From the IMG/VR virus record IMGVR_UViG_3300032334_001950, positions 1 through 64,000 of that record: a stretch of DNA of 64,000 bases; one strand, 5' to 3'. The notes under the pieces were generated by a model. That model had not been told where the DNA came from. It searched no databases and saw only the letters and a program-made list of their open reading frames with translations. This stretch comes from a virus. The position numbers and the translations under genes were made by a program. The first letter of the stretch is position 1, and the number at the start of each line of letters is the position of its first letter. Shown here piece after piece: positions 18,089 to 28,162 of the stretch.

Positions 18089-19936
18089 TTAGTGGGTCTC
18101 CTCCCAGTTCTTACCAATACGGTACTCACCAGTAAACGGGCACTTCAATCCAAAGTATTCACCGGACTGGCGAATACCATCCACAATGCTCTTTGCAATA
18201 AATTCTGAATGCTGGGGACGTGCAAGCACCTGGAGTTCATCGTGGAACCAACCAACCGGTTGAAAATCCTCACCCGGATCCAACCCCGCTTTCGTTACTG
18301 TATCCCAGAAGATACAGGTAGCCTTCTTCATCAGGATCGCCCCCGTAGATTGTAGCAATTGGTTCAGCGCTGAATGCCTGGAGCGGATCAATAACTTGCG
18401 CCCATCAATGCCAACGAGGTGACCATTCTGCGTAATGCGCCGATCGATCAGATCTTTTAACTGCTTGATAGCAGGCAAGTTCACATAAAATGTATCAATT
18501 GTTACTTTTCCCTGCCTGTACTGCTCATCTTCAGTTGCTTCAGGGCAAATAATACTTCCGGCTTTCTTCACTCCAGCGCCATACAGCACGCCAAACGTCA
18601 ACCTCTTGGACAGATCCCGTGCTGCTTTAGGGATTTTCCCACTGGCTGGATCATACAATCCAAACAACGCAGCATTATGTGCATGGATATCAACGCTCGG
18701 ATCACTGACCAACCCAGCGTAAACACCCTCATCAAAGTAAGCAAGCCAAGCAGCTAGCGCCCGTAATTCCAAACCGGAAGCATCGGCACCCACTAGGTCC
18801 CATCCTTCTGGGGCATAGAACAAAGCGCGACACTCAGCACCGAAGGGCGCACCAACACTGGGCACCTGAGAGACGTTTGGATTACTGTGCGAAACCCTAC
18901 CGCTAACACATGAATTTGTATTGACGTTACCATGAATGCGGCCATCATTGTAGACGCGGCAATGATTAAGCCAAGCCTCTTTGCCATCTACAATCTGACC
19001 CAGTCGTTTATTGAGCAGTTGATACTCGGCCAGCATTTTTGCTTCAGGATATTTCTCCCCTAATTTTTCCAGAACATCGTCATCAACTTTGACGTTACCT
19101 TTTTCCGTAGATCCAAAAATAATTTCGGGGTAGCGCTGCTGCAACCGTTCTGCTGTCTGCTGCCTTGATCCTGGGTTAAATACGGTGATCTTGGTTTTAA
19201 GGGGCTTTCCTGTTTTAGCGGAGATGCGTTCCTCCTTAATTGGAGGGAAAACATCCTGGAGCTGATCGTCAATTTCAGTCCGCCTAGCTTTGAGTACATT
19301 GACGAGAGCGTATGCGGCCTTTTCATTGAACGGGAAGCCAAATTTCTCCTGTTCGGCCATGATACAACAGAACTCGTGCTCCAGATCGAAGGCCCTGGCG
19401 CTGATCTCCTGGGTCAACATGTAATTGTACAGCTCCAAGCTGACCAGGGTATCCCCCTCACAGTAGGTCTGCATGGCTGCTGACCAGTTATCCCATACCT
19501 TTTCACCGGGTTCTAGGGGTGCTTCAGCTTTGAATTTGATCTTTGATGTACCAAGCCGTTCTCCCCAGGCGGCTAAGCTATGGCGCCCTTTGTACTTAGA
19601 CTCAATATGGGAATACTTAGACTCATCCTCAGATTCAATCTCGGGGAACAGCAACCGGCTAACTACCAAGGTGTCGTAGATGTCGCAATCCGGTCTCAGT
19701 ATGAGATTGGGATACAGTTTACGTAGTACGGGTAGGTCAAACTTCAGCAAGTTATGGCCGACCAGTTGCCTTGCCTCTGCAATGTAGTCAAGGCCTGCTT
19801 CGATGCTGGGATGCCCCGGTTGGTTCGCACACGAGATCACCTCGCCCGTTTCCACGTGGCGCAGAACCAAGCAATGGACGCGATCCAGCTTGTGGAGCAA
19901 TCCATTGGTCTCCAGATCTAGCACGTAAGCGGTCAT
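18089..19936 (-). CDS. DNA polymerase, family A (T7-like, with 3'-5' exonuclease)
   Basis: DLETNG exo I, GHNLLKFD, DASGLELR motif A, K..TFGVLYG motif B, FHDE motif C. Confidence 0.96.
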   Translation of the reverse strand: MTAYVLDLETNGLLHKLDRVHCLVLRHVETGEVISCANQPGHPSIEAGLDYIAEARQLVGHNLLKFDLPVLRKLYPNLILRPDCDIYDTLVVSRLLFPEIESEDESKYSHIESKYKGRHSLAAWGERLGTSKIKFKAEAPLEPGEKVWDNWSAAMQTYCEGDTLVSLELYNYMLTQEISARAFDLEHEFCCIMAEQEKFGFPFNEKAAYALVNVLKARRTEIDDQLQDVFPPIKEERISAKTGKPLKTKITVFNPGSRQQTAERLQQRYPEIIFGSTEKGNVKVDDDVLEKLGEKYPEAKMLAEYQLLNKRLGQIVDGKEAWLNHCRVYNDGRIHGNVNTNSCVSGRVSHSNPNVSQVPSVGAPFGAECRALFYAPEGWDLVGADASGLELRALAAWLAYFDEGVYAGLVSDPSVDIHAHNAALFGLYDPASGKIPKAARDLSKRLTFGVLYGAGVKKAGSIICPEATEDEQYRQGKVTIDTFYVNLPAIKQLKDLIDRRITQNGHLVGIDGRKLLIRSRHSALNQLLQSTGAILMKKATCIFWDTVTKAGLDPGEDFQPVGWFHDELQVLARPQHSEFIAKSIVDGIRQSGEYFGLKCPFTGEYRIGKNWEETH

Positions 19937-20172
19937 CAGAAGAATTTCTTGTAAAGGCGGGCAACATTAACAATTTCCAAGTTCAACTCCTCACCCGCAT
20001 GTGCCTCCACCCTTGTGTACACATTCTTCGCTTCGGTGACGTCATGCAGACACAACGCCCGATTCAATGTCCGAGTATCATCAACACTTTCCAATTGAAA
20101 GCCGTTCCGCTCGGGATTTAGACATAGCACATGGGCTAGGTCGGCATCACACAGCACAAATCCTCTTTGCAT
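19936..20172 (-). CDS. hypothetical protein
   Basis: Translationally coupled to the polymerase gene. Confidence 0.65.
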   Translation of the reverse strand: MQRGFVLCDADLAHVLCLNPERNGFQLESVDDTRTLNRALCLHDVTEAKNVYTRVEAHAGEELNLEIVNVARLYKKFF

Positions 20173-20175
20173 TTT

Positions 20176-20460
20176 TCAATTCCTGATGCTTCTGTGATCG
20201 GGGATTGCCTTGAGCATAAAAATATCCAAGGCAATGTGCACTAGCGTAGGAACCATAGCAAAAGCCTTGGGGGGAAGCCCGCCGAACAAAGCTGACAGTT
20301 TATCCGCCAAATCTGTTCGATGCAACTCTTGAAATTCCACACTCAACATATTGGCAACATTCAACAAAAAATCTTCCAACGTGTCATCCTGGTGTTTTAA
20401 TTGTTCTACGATCTCCCACAACTCAGGGTCGCCTTGGATCATGTCAATAAGGTCATTCAT
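20176..20460 (-). CDS. hypothetical protein
   Basis: 94-aa acidic helical ORF. Confidence 0.65.
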   Translation of the reverse strand: MNDLIDMIQGDPELWEIVEQLKHQDDTLEDFLLNVANMLSVEFQELHRTDLADKLSALFGGLPPKAFAMVPTLVHIALDIFMLKAIPDHRSIRN

Positions 20461-20462
20461 AC

Positions 20463-21116
20463 ATGTGTGCCAATTACGGTGCTACTGTAGACGAAGAAAC
20501 CCTGGTCGGCAACCAAGTGAGACGTAAACCTAAACGGAAATTCAAAACCAAAACTTTTTGGGTTGGCGGCCAACGGTGCAGGATTTTTCTTGAGCCGCTG
20601 CATGAGTACACGCCAGGGTATTGGGTGTGGGGTGTAGGGTTTGTTGTTGGTGGATCACCCCGCCAACAGAGGGATTGGTTTTGGCGACGCAAGAACAAAC
20701 GTAGGAGGAAACTGGATAAGAAACTATTGGGCAATCAAGGGATCAAAGCAATCATTGCCGGATTTAATGAAGTCTTAAGGATTCGATGGAATATTGAAGG
20801 CGGCGATGTTTTGTTTCTCGATTGCACATCAGCAAAACCCGAACAACAATTTAAAGCTTGGTCCAGGTGGCATCGGCATCATCCCGAATGGGTCATCAGC
20901 TACGAAGAAAAAAAATTCTTTTGGTATCGACCCCCTTATTCAGATGACACCATCCGGGAACTGTTTGACGTAACACCAATCATTCCGGCGGATCCGCTGG
21001 CGAACACTGCTGGTCAGAACTACTACGATTGCTTTCGTGTTCGTCCAAAAGGGCACAGTAATCAGCTATCCAATGCGCAAATAGAAAATCTACTGAGCTT
21101 GGCTCTAACCAGCTAG
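20463..21116 (+). CDS. hypothetical protein (basic, Trp-rich)
   Basis: 217-aa ORF filling a gap between - strand genes; start uncertain. Confidence 0.55.
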   Translation: MCANYGATVDEETLVGNQVRRKPKRKFKTKTFWVGGQRCRIFLEPLHEYTPGYWVWGVGFVVGGSPRQQRDWFWRRKNKRRRKLDKKLLGNQGIKAIIAGFNEVLRIRWNIEGGDVLFLDCTSAKPEQQFKAWSRWHRHHPEWVISYEEKKFFWYRPPYSDDTIRELFDVTPIIPADPLANTAGQNYYDCFRVRPKGHSNQLSNAQIENLLSLALTS

Positions 21117-21572
21117 CAAGTATAAAGAGGGCATCCTTCAAGGCCTCTTTGCTTTCTTCGTGGTCGTCATCAACGCAACGAGTTAAGACAGCAAGAAGCC
21201 ATTTGTTTGGTTCCTTTCTAGGGTCAATATATTCATTTGTCATAGCGCAGCACTCCGGCGCATTTGCTCAACATAATTACCGATGTCGGGATCACCCTTC
21301 TTGGCTTGTTTGTAGTTGCTCAAGGCATTACAAAGACCAATCAAGGGTTCCCGTTCACCGGGCATTCCTAGGTATTCTTCAATGGCTTCTGCCATTTTTT
21401 CTGCGTGGCGTTGGTAATTCATGTAGTATCAAGAGTGAAGGGAGTAAGATTTGAATGGCCGGAAGAAGAGCAGCGTCACGGCCATACTAAGGGGTGCCCC
21501 AGTTTCTGCTGCTTCCTGGGGCAGGTAAGCGAAGGGCAGTGCTACTGATCACAGTGCTGCCCCACCCCAACA

Positions 21573-21704
21573 TCAAGGAATAAGTAAGGCGGGGACAAGA
21601 AGCCACCACCAAGACCAATCAATAACGTGAGTGAGCTTTAAGGTAATAAACAAAAGAAATGCTGCACCCCCAAGGGTAAGAGCAGGCGGATTTGAAGAAG
21701 CCAT
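21573..21704 (-). CDS. small phage membrane protein
   Basis: LFITLKLTHVIDWSWWWLLVP motif, translated by hand. Confidence 0.6.
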   Translation of the reverse strand: MASSNPPALTLGGAAFLLFITLKLTHVIDWSWWWLLVPALLIP

Positions 21705-21714
21705 GGAGGTTGCA

Positions 21715-21972
21715 TTACTCAGGAAGTTCCTGATCTAACAGCTTGTTGACTGCTTTCACAATAAAAGGGAACTCTTCGGGGTCAATCCTGATACTGGAGG
21801 CACCTGGCTTAACGGGATCATCAGGATATTGTGTAAGCACCAAAAAAGCACCACCAGCTTCATCTTCAAGGCTGACATGTGTAGCTTGAACACTGAAGAA
21901 TGGGTTGTTATCTTTTGGATGTACAGAAATACAAGTTGTTGTAAGTGTGTACGAATTGTTAGTGTTGGCCAT
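21715..21972 (-). CDS. hypothetical protein
   Basis: THVSLEDEAGGAF..LTQ...IRIDPEE pattern. Confidence 0.6.
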   Translation of the reverse strand: MANTNNSYTLTTTCISVHPKDNNPFFSVQATHVSLEDEAGGAFLVLTQYPDDPVKPGASSIRIDPEEFPFIVKAVNKLLDQELPE

Positions 21973-22034
21973 GGGGAGGAGCAGGGGGCAAGGTCAGCTT
22001 ATCAGGCAAATAAACAAGGTTCAAGCTATCGTCA

Positions 22035-22448
22035 TCATTCTTCAAGTTCCACGTCAGATAAGCGCTCTGCATAAACGCTACAGCCGATGGCATCTTCCGT
22101 CTCTGCTTCGGGGAACCCAAAGGAACACCCGTTGCTGCCCATCAGACCGCAAGTATCGCAGGGGATTGCTGGCAGTTCAGCTGCTAAAGAAACAGGTTTG
22201 CCCAAGTCACGGGTCACTTGGTTGTATAACATTTTCTTAAAGTTTGACACGATGGCAGCATTCTCCTTAGCCAAAGCAAAGAAGTCTTGGCTTACTTCTT
22301 GGGTGGTTTCCATGTAGCCACAGAAGTCACATTTTTTTCTGCGTCGAATGCTGATCCTCTCCTTGGAGTGTTCGATGATGCGGAGGCCCCGCTTCTTGCA
22401 AGATGGGCAGGTGGGTAGGTTGCTTGCGTTGGCGGCTTCAATGCTCAT
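22035..22448 (-). CDS. NrdR-like zinc-ribbon protein
   Basis: CPSC...IRRRKKCDFCG..TT.E plus second Cys cluster. Confidence 0.65.
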   Translation of the reverse strand: MSIEAANASNLPTCPSCKKRGLRIIEHSKERISIRRRKKCDFCGYMETTQEVSQDFFALAKENAAIVSNFKKMLYNQVTRDLGKPVSLAAELPAIPCDTCGLMGSNGCSFGFPEAETEDAIGCSVYAERLSDVELEE

Positions 22449-22819
22449 TGTTTTTCTGCGAGGTTGACGTTGGCGGTAAGCAAAGCATAAACACATCCCA
22501 TGATCTCATGCAAATCTTGTTGAGAAAGGTTCTCAATAACGATGTTGTGAGATTGGATTCGGAGCATGACGGAAGCAAGCCCCCGTTCATCGTAGTACCC
22601 AGAGCAGTGGATGGGAGTTTGGTCAGTCATCGATGGAAGACAGGAACACTTTGATTGTTCGCCCATTATCCTGCAAACTTACCTTGACATCAGAGCATTC
22701 CAAATAAACAATCTCCCTGCCCCAGTTAGTGATGACTTCTACGCGGGTTACTTTGGGGTAGGAGTAAAGAAAGTCAACGTGCGGCAGTTGTAGGTTGTTC
22801 AAGTCATGTGGGTCTTTAG

Positions 22820-23059
22820 TCATTGGCCCTCCAGTTCGGTGGCGATAGCGAGGATTCTTTCACGACTTTCTTGTGCTGTTAAAACCGGCACAAGAGTTGA
22901 ACCCCAAGGAGTTTTTGTCATTGGGATTGCCTGATCCGCAACAGCACGAAGGACAGCGGCAATACACACATAATCTTCTTTTATGGGACTATCTAGCCAA
23001 CCATAACCAACAATGTAGGCATCTAGCACCACCTGAGCCGCAGGGGAAAGGTCAGTCAT
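22820..23059 (-). CDS. cyanophage accessory protein (LSPAAQ.VLDA family)
   Basis: Similar to 24459..24647. Confidence 0.65.
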   Translation of the reverse strand: MTDLSPAAQVVLDAYIVGYGWLDSPIKEDYVCIAAVLRAVADQAIPMTKTPWGSTLVPVLTAQESRERILAIATELEGQ

Positions 23060-23384
23060 TGAGTTGCTCCAGTGCTTTGCGGATGGTGTCATAGTCACTA
23101 GGGCTGGGAATAACCCCATGTTCTAGACCCGTCAGACTGTGTAATGCCTGCTTTTTCAAGCTCGGCGGCTTAGGGCGGCATGCTTCGCGGAGTTCTGTAT
23201 GTTCGTGCTCGTGACCTTCTAGTTTCAACCACTCACAGCACCTTTCCAACTCAACGTCAGCACCCCATTGTGCGGCGCGGGTGGCTAATTGTTGCTTCCA
23301 TGATGTGGATAGATTGTCTATCGCGTCATACCACTGCTCCACCAACTCAGGTGGCGGGATGATCGGGTGTTGTTGGTCAGTCAT
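23052..23384 (-). CDS. cyanophage accessory protein
   Basis: PPPELVEQW..AAQWGAD.ELE.CCEWL..RPKPPSLK.QAL. Confidence 0.65.
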   Translation of the reverse strand: MTDQQHPIIPPPELVEQWYDAIDNLSTSWKQQLATRAAQWGADVELERCCEWLKLEGHEHEHTELREACRPKPPSLKKQALHSLTGLEHGVIPSPSDYDTIRKALEQLND

Positions 23385-24004
23385 TTGAATGCAGCCTCAC
23401 CAATGACAGGGAATTGATGGATAAAAATTTGCTTGCAGCCTTCTGCAATTAACCGATGCTCTAGTTGTGTACCTGGATCAGTGCGTACATTAATATAATG
23501 TATCCAAGACCGCAAGCAGCCGTTCATATACAAAGTAGTTTGTGTGCTAAGTGGAAGAATGCGGCGTGCACATTCTTTGGCCACATGATTTTTAATCATT
23601 TGAGCATAAAGATCTTCAATATCTGCATATAGATTACGAATCTGTTCATCATAGTAAGAATGTGCATAAGGATCAAGATCATCTGTACTGTTTTGTCTGT
23701 TCTTTAGATCTTGCCTACGTAATTCTGGAACAACAGCAGGCCGTGCTTCTGCATACCTGGTACTGAACTCTTGAAAACTAAATGAACGATGGCGTAAAAT
23801 CTGTGCAGAAATGTCGCGCTCTGTGTGTATTTGCACACAAAGATTAGCCATTTCAAATGGTGACCAGTGCTGGTGACTAATAAGATACCGCAATAGTTTT
23901 GGTGCAGTTGCTAAGTTGTTTTCATTGTCAGGATTGGATACCCTGGCCATCTTTACAATCAAAGCTTCTGCATTAGGAGTGCAGTGAACAAATTCAACAG
24001 TCAT
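23381..24004 (-). CDS. thyX: FAD-dependent thymidylate synthase
   Basis: HWSPFE, QILRHRSFSFQEFSTRY, ECAR.ILP, TQLEHR. Confidence 0.96.
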   Translation of the reverse strand: MTVEFVHCTPNAEALIVKMARVSNPDNENNLATAPKLLRYLISHQHWSPFEMANLCVQIHTERDISAQILRHRSFSFQEFSTRYAEARPAVVPELRRQDLKNRQNSTDDLDPYAHSYYDEQIRNLYADIEDLYAQMIKNHVAKECARRILPLSTQTTLYMNGCLRSWIHYINVRTDPGTQLEHRLIAEGCKQIFIHQFPVIGEAAFK

Positions 24005-24007
24005 GAT

Positions 24008-24274
24008 TCAATTGTTGTGTGTTTGTGTGATTGTAGCTTGATTGCCCCACCTCTCAAGCGCAGCACAAACTAAGTCGACATTGCCAAGCCCAGCTTCTTC
24101 AATCTCCTCGCCAAGCGCAATAATCTCCATCACCGTCGGCCGCTTCGGCGGTGAGGTGGCTAGGGCGGCACGGGCGCGATCCTGCAGTTCAGCGGCAGTC
24201 CCATCAGATGTTTGATACTGCAGTTCGTCAAGTAGCTCCGCGCACAATGCGCGAAAGTCGGGGGCTGGGGTCAT
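24008..24274 (-). CDS. accessory protein (DFRALCAEL family)
   Basis: DFRALCAELL...RARAALA. Confidence 0.6.
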   Translation of the reverse strand: MTPAPDFRALCAELLDELQYQTSDGTAAELQDRARAALATSPPKRPTVMEIIALGEEIEEAGLGNVDLVCAALERWGNQATITQTHNN

Positions 24275-24458
24275 GGTGTTGCCTCGGGAAGGGGTTTGAT
24301 AATGCAATCAGGAAGCCAAAACCAATGTGTCATGCCGTGAAAATCAACTTCAACATTTCGACCTTTAACACTTAAGATGATTCCGTAGTCAGTAATGCCA
24401 GAGTAGCATTTTCGGACAGACACTTTCTGTCCGATCAATTTTTTTACCTCTGATACTT

Positions 24459-24647
24459 TCATTGCCTATGGCCCTCCAATTCTTCGGCAATACGGATCAG
24501 TTCTTCCGAGGCATTACAACTGCCAAGGTGAGCAGAGGCAGCACGAAGGACGGCGGCAGCGGCCCACTGAACGTGGCGGAGTGGAACGTGGTCTATTTCT
24601 TCCCATGCGGCATCCAACACCGCGTGAGCCGTAGGGGAAAGGGTCAT
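24459..24647 (-). CDS. accessory protein, paralog of 22820..23059
   Basis: LSP.A.AVLDA...AAVLRA...IA.ELEG. Confidence 0.6.
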   Translation of the reverse strand: MTLSPTAHAVLDAAWEEIDHVPLRHVQWAAAAVLRAASAHLGSCNASEELIRIAEELEGHRQ

Positions 24648-25108
24648 CGCCCTGCCTCCTGCTCAAGCCAACGGACTGCGTTGTAATCGCACTCGTTCTC
24701 ACGTAACCACTGTGCCACCTCAAGGATGGCGGCGCGGGCTTCGGTCGATGCCCACCGCGATCCTGTTTCGCTGGTAATCGCGTCTGACACCCGCTCCACC
24801 AATCCCCCCGCCACTGGCGCAGGTTCCGCCACCTCCCGGCTGCGGGCCTGGCCGTGTTCAATGCCGAGGTTGTAAAGGGCGCGAAGGCTCCCATTCCAGG
24901 TGTCCTCGGAGTTCCAAAGCTTATCCAGCTCCTCATCCGTCGCCACCGGAGGCGGGGTTGAACTATCTGGAATTACCGGATAGTTGCCGGCCTGGGCCTC
25001 CAGTGCTATTACGCGGGCGCGGAGTTCGAGAATGCAGGCGTCTAATTGAAAACGGCTATCTTTCTCTATTGCTGCCCACTGCTCAGGTGTTGCCTTGTAG
25101 TTGTCCAT
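24644..25108 (-). CDS. accessory protein
   Basis: ATPEQW..CILELRARV..LEA..EARAAILEVA.WL. Confidence 0.6.
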   Translation of the reverse strand: MDNYKATPEQWAAIEKDSRFQLDACILELRARVIALEAQAGNYPVIPDSSTPPPVATDEELDKLWNSEDTWNGSLRALYNLGIEHGQARSREVAEPAPVAGGLVERVSDAITSETGSRWASTEARAAILEVAQWLRENECDYNAVRWLEQEAGR

Positions 25109-25437
25109 CAGTACCTCACCTGCACCCGGCCAATGCCGTCAAGGGGAATGCCAAGCCGATAAGCGGCCCCGGCTGATAGGTCGATCGAATCGCAATCGCA
25201 GCGATCCTTGATCGGGACTACCAGGGACCGGCCCTTATGGGTTACGGTCACCAGTGTTCCGCAGGGAAGCCAAGGATGGGCCGCACTGATCCCCCAGTAG
25301 CGGAATGGACGGCCCGAGCAATAGTCAGGTTGCCCGGCAAAGTCCTGGTGATAAACCGTCGCTGTGATTGTACGAGCTTGCGCAACTGTTGAACCAAACA
25401 CAGCGACAATCGCTGCCAAGAAATTAAGTTTTTTCAT
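25108..25437 (-). CDS. RlpA-like double-psi beta-barrel protein with signal peptide
   Basis: SAAHPWLPCGT.VTV...V.IKDR...IDLS.GAA. Confidence 0.85.
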   Translation of the reverse strand: MKKLNFLAAIVAVFGSTVAQARTITATVYHQDFAGQPDYCSGRPFRYWGISAAHPWLPCGTLVTVTHKGRSLVVPIKDRCDCDSIDLSAGAAYRLGIPLDGIGRVQVRY

Positions 25438-25700
25438 GCAGGAGTTTTTGCAAGTGGGGATAAACGCATGGAGGCGTGCTCCGAAGGTGTTTTGAAGTTG
25501 TCCCAGAGCACTTGAACGTAATTGGTTGTTTGCTTACGGGCATTGACCTTGGTGGTAAAACCAACTACGACACCACGCCTCAATTGACGATTCTGTTCAA
25601 CAATTGCTTTGGATTCCTCCTTGACGCTTGGGATGGCACCATTCTTACCGCGCTCAATAACGCGATCACCAACATGAAAAACGTATTGCGGTTTAGCCAT
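25434..25700 (-). CDS. hypothetical protein (SH3-like)
   Basis: FHVGDRV...GVVVG...YVQVLWD. Confidence 0.55.
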   Translation of the reverse strand: MAKPQYVFHVGDRVIERGKNGAIPSVKEESKAIVEQNRQLRRGVVVGFTTKVNARKQTTNYVQVLWDNFKTPSEHASMRLSPLAKTPA

Positions 25701-25927
25701 CAATGCCATCCTCCGTAGCAGCATCATCACTGATGCTCCAGCGAACCATTTTTTGCATTAATTCTTCTGTGGTGATATCAAGCAAGTAATTGTACTCAGG
25801 GTTTACTTCTGCATCCCAATCAAAACGGATGGTGTTAGTTTCCTCATCGTATGTACAAGTGAGGGAATCGGTGCCGGTGTCGATGGTTTCCATTGTTGTT
25901 TTGTTTACAAAAGGACAAAGAGTTTAA

Positions 25928-26368
25928 TCAGTTCTTAACGTGCTTCCAGCTGATGCCGTTGACAACGTTCATGATGGTACCAAAGTGAGTGCAGTAGATT
26001 TCAGCAATGGCGCAGATAAAAGCATGGTTGCTGGGATAGCTTGAAGCCAATTCCTTGTTGGCGTACATCTGACGGATTTCCCTGACCTTATCTTCGTTTA
26101 GTTTTGCGTTGGGATTGTTGGTGCCAACAAGGTGATGGGTGATTGGTGCTTGCTTGCCGGCTAGGGGATGGTTGCTTCTCTTGGTAGGGGTTTTGATTGT
26201 GGTCTTGGCAACGCGAGGGATTAAGCCATCTACTGGTGCCGTGATTTGGATGACCTCACCCTTGCGATGGGCTGTTAGAATCAGCTGTTCGTTTTGGATG
26301 TCGATGGAGGGGCGATCCTCTGCTGTGATGGTCAAAGACTGGATGGACTTGAAAGAGAAGTGGGACAC
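25928..26368 (-). CDS. DNA-binding protein with HNH-associated C-terminal HTH, no nuclease core seen
   Basis: GTNNPNAKLNEDKVREIR...WKHV. Confidence 0.55.
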   Translation of the reverse strand: MSHFSFKSIQSLTITAEDRPSIDIQNEQLILTAHRKGEVIQITAPVDGLIPRVAKTTIKTPTKRSNHPLAGKQAPITHHLVGTNNPNAKLNEDKVREIRQMYANKELASSYPSNHAFICAIAEIYCTHFGTIMNVVNGISWKHVKN

Positions 26369-26607
26369 GGTTGGTTGGGTGTCTTGGACTCTGTCACTGT
26401 AGCTTCTGACTGATACCAGACAACCCTCTTACAGTTAAGCTTTACAACAGATTGAGTAAAGATTTGTTACTATCCTCTATTGTTTATATTTTCTAATATA
26501 TTGGCTGTTGTGGTTGTTGCCCACCTGGCGCAGTAACCAAGTGCTACATTTAAAATCAACGAAAAATAACGGTTTTAATATTGCCTTAATGATTGCAACG
26601 TAATTTC

Positions 26608-26859
26608 TTATGCGAGTTCATTCCACGCCAAAAACTTCTTCACCTGGCGGTCATCAGAATTAGCCAACTGCTTAATTGCTTCCAATTTCTTCTCCGCCGC
26701 CAACGCACGAGTTGACCAATACACCAAATGTTTATTTGTCTGCGTCAATTCAGTTTCCAGTGCAGTCTGAAACAATTTGGAAGGAGAAATATCCAATCCC
26801 GATTCTTTCCAACGCTCCACTAAGCTGTCCGGTACTGAGCAAGAAATAACAAGGGCCAT
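26608..26859 (-). CDS. ribbon-helix-helix protein (CcdA-like fold)
   Basis: ISCSVPDSLVERWKESGLDISPSKLFQTALETEL. Confidence 0.5.
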   Translation of the reverse strand: MALVISCSVPDSLVERWKESGLDISPSKLFQTALETELTQTNKHLVYWSTRALAAEKKLEAIKQLANSDDRQVKKFLAWNELA

Positions 26860-26943
26860 GGTGTCACACTATCTACCAAGAGGATAGCACAGCAACCTGC
26901 ATACGTGTACCCACGGTAAAATTAGGGGATAAAAAGAAATAAC

Positions 26944-27798
26944 ATGGGCCAATCTAGTCAGCTACAAGGTTCCGATAAATCCAATAAAAATCAATCGGAT
27001 CAATCTTATTGGAGCGGCCCTAGTGCAACCGCAGCAAATTCAACGCCGCCCGCTGCACCAGACGTACCGTCATTTAATTCTCCGCTCGGAAGCAATTTTG
27101 ACATCAGCAAACAGCTAAGTTCTTACAGGCCTTATCACGTAGAGATGGGCGCATCCGGCACCCCCGTTACTGTTTATGATCAAGGCCCAGCAGTGCCTAA
27201 ATACTCACAACCCCAACCGCCCACAACCATTCTTCGCTCTGGTCAAAACGGTCCATCAGGTCAACCACAGTCTCCTACAACTATTTTGCAACCCAGTGCT
27301 ACTGCTTCACCGTCTAATCCAAAATTACGTGCAGACGATACTGCAGGCTATGGACCAATAGGTAAATCAAAGGCAGCTTCATCCACAACAGGAACACCGC
27401 CTCCGCCGCCGCCTTCTGTGGTTGCTGCGGCCCCCACAAGTACCCGTATGGCAGGCCAATCACCAGCAGCTGCGGCTGCTTTAACTGCTACTACAACTTC
27501 AACCCCAGCTCCGACACCTGCTCCGGCGCCTAAACCTGCTCCCGTTTCAACTCCACCGCCACCACCTGCACCTGCCCCAGCACCTAAACCTACGCCTGCC
27601 CCTGCTCCAGCACCTAAGCCTGCGCCTGCACCACAAAATATTTCAAATCAGGGCCTTTTCGGCTTTGGCTCTGGGCGTCTTCAACAGCAGGTTGCGCCCC
27701 CACCAACTGCATATAACCCATTCGGTGGGCGGCAGATTACTCCACCCCCTCCACCCCCGTCTCCGTTTAATCCCTTCGGTTTACGGACAACAAGATAA
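26944..27798 (+). CDS. Pro/Ala-rich protein with PAPAPK repeats (RMAG motif)
   Basis: 284-aa low-complexity ORF with TAAAAT box upstream and terminator downstream. Confidence 0.6.
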   Translation: MGQSSQLQGSDKSNKNQSDQSYWSGPSATAANSTPPAAPDVPSFNSPLGSNFDISKQLSSYRPYHVEMGASGTPVTVYDQGPAVPKYSQPQPPTTILRSGQNGPSGQPQSPTTILQPSATASPSNPKLRADDTAGYGPIGKSKAASSTTGTPPPPPPSVVAAAPTSTRMAGQSPAAAAALTATTTSTPAPTPAPAPKPAPVSTPPPPPAPAPAPKPTPAPAPAPKPAPAPQNISNQGLFGFGSGRLQQQVAPPPTAYNPFGGRQITPPPPPPSPFNPFGLRTTR

Positions 27799-27799
27799 C

Positions 27800-27835
27800 A
27801 AAAAACCGCCTCATTTTTCACAATGGGGCGGTTTT
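27800..27835. terminator. bidirectional intrinsic terminator
   Basis: AAAACCGCC...GGCGGTTTT between convergent genes. Confidence 0.75.
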
Positions 27836-27952
27836 CAACATTTGTTGAAATTGTAGTTTGCTGAAAATTGTAGTCTACAGCCTGGCGCCAATCAAATAAG
27901 CAAGCGTAAAACCTACAATGGCGGCAATCAACCAAGTCGTTATCATAATTTT

Positions 27953-28162
27953 TTAATGCTCAACGTAACCCATCACTTCATGGGGTGACGGAATGGATGT
28001 TGCTACTACCATGGGGACAGGTTCAGCTACTGCCATTTCCGTAACAAGACGCATGGCATTAGAAAATTCTTCCGCCTGGTCCATATTACGAAAAGCCGGT
28101 GCAAATGTACCAACTTCATCGTGGTGCATCATGACGACATAACCGGTGATAGGCAGTTTCAT
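27953..28162 (-). CDS. hypothetical protein
   Basis: 69-aa ORF in - strand array. Confidence 0.55.
   Translation of the reverse strand: MKLPITGYVVMMHHDEVGTFAPAFRNMDQAEEFSNAMRLVTEMAVAEPVPMVVATSIPSPHEVMGYVEH

Noticed and set aside
25928-26368. HNH homing endonuclease
   Set aside because: Only the C-terminal DNA-binding segment is present; no HNH catalytic motif
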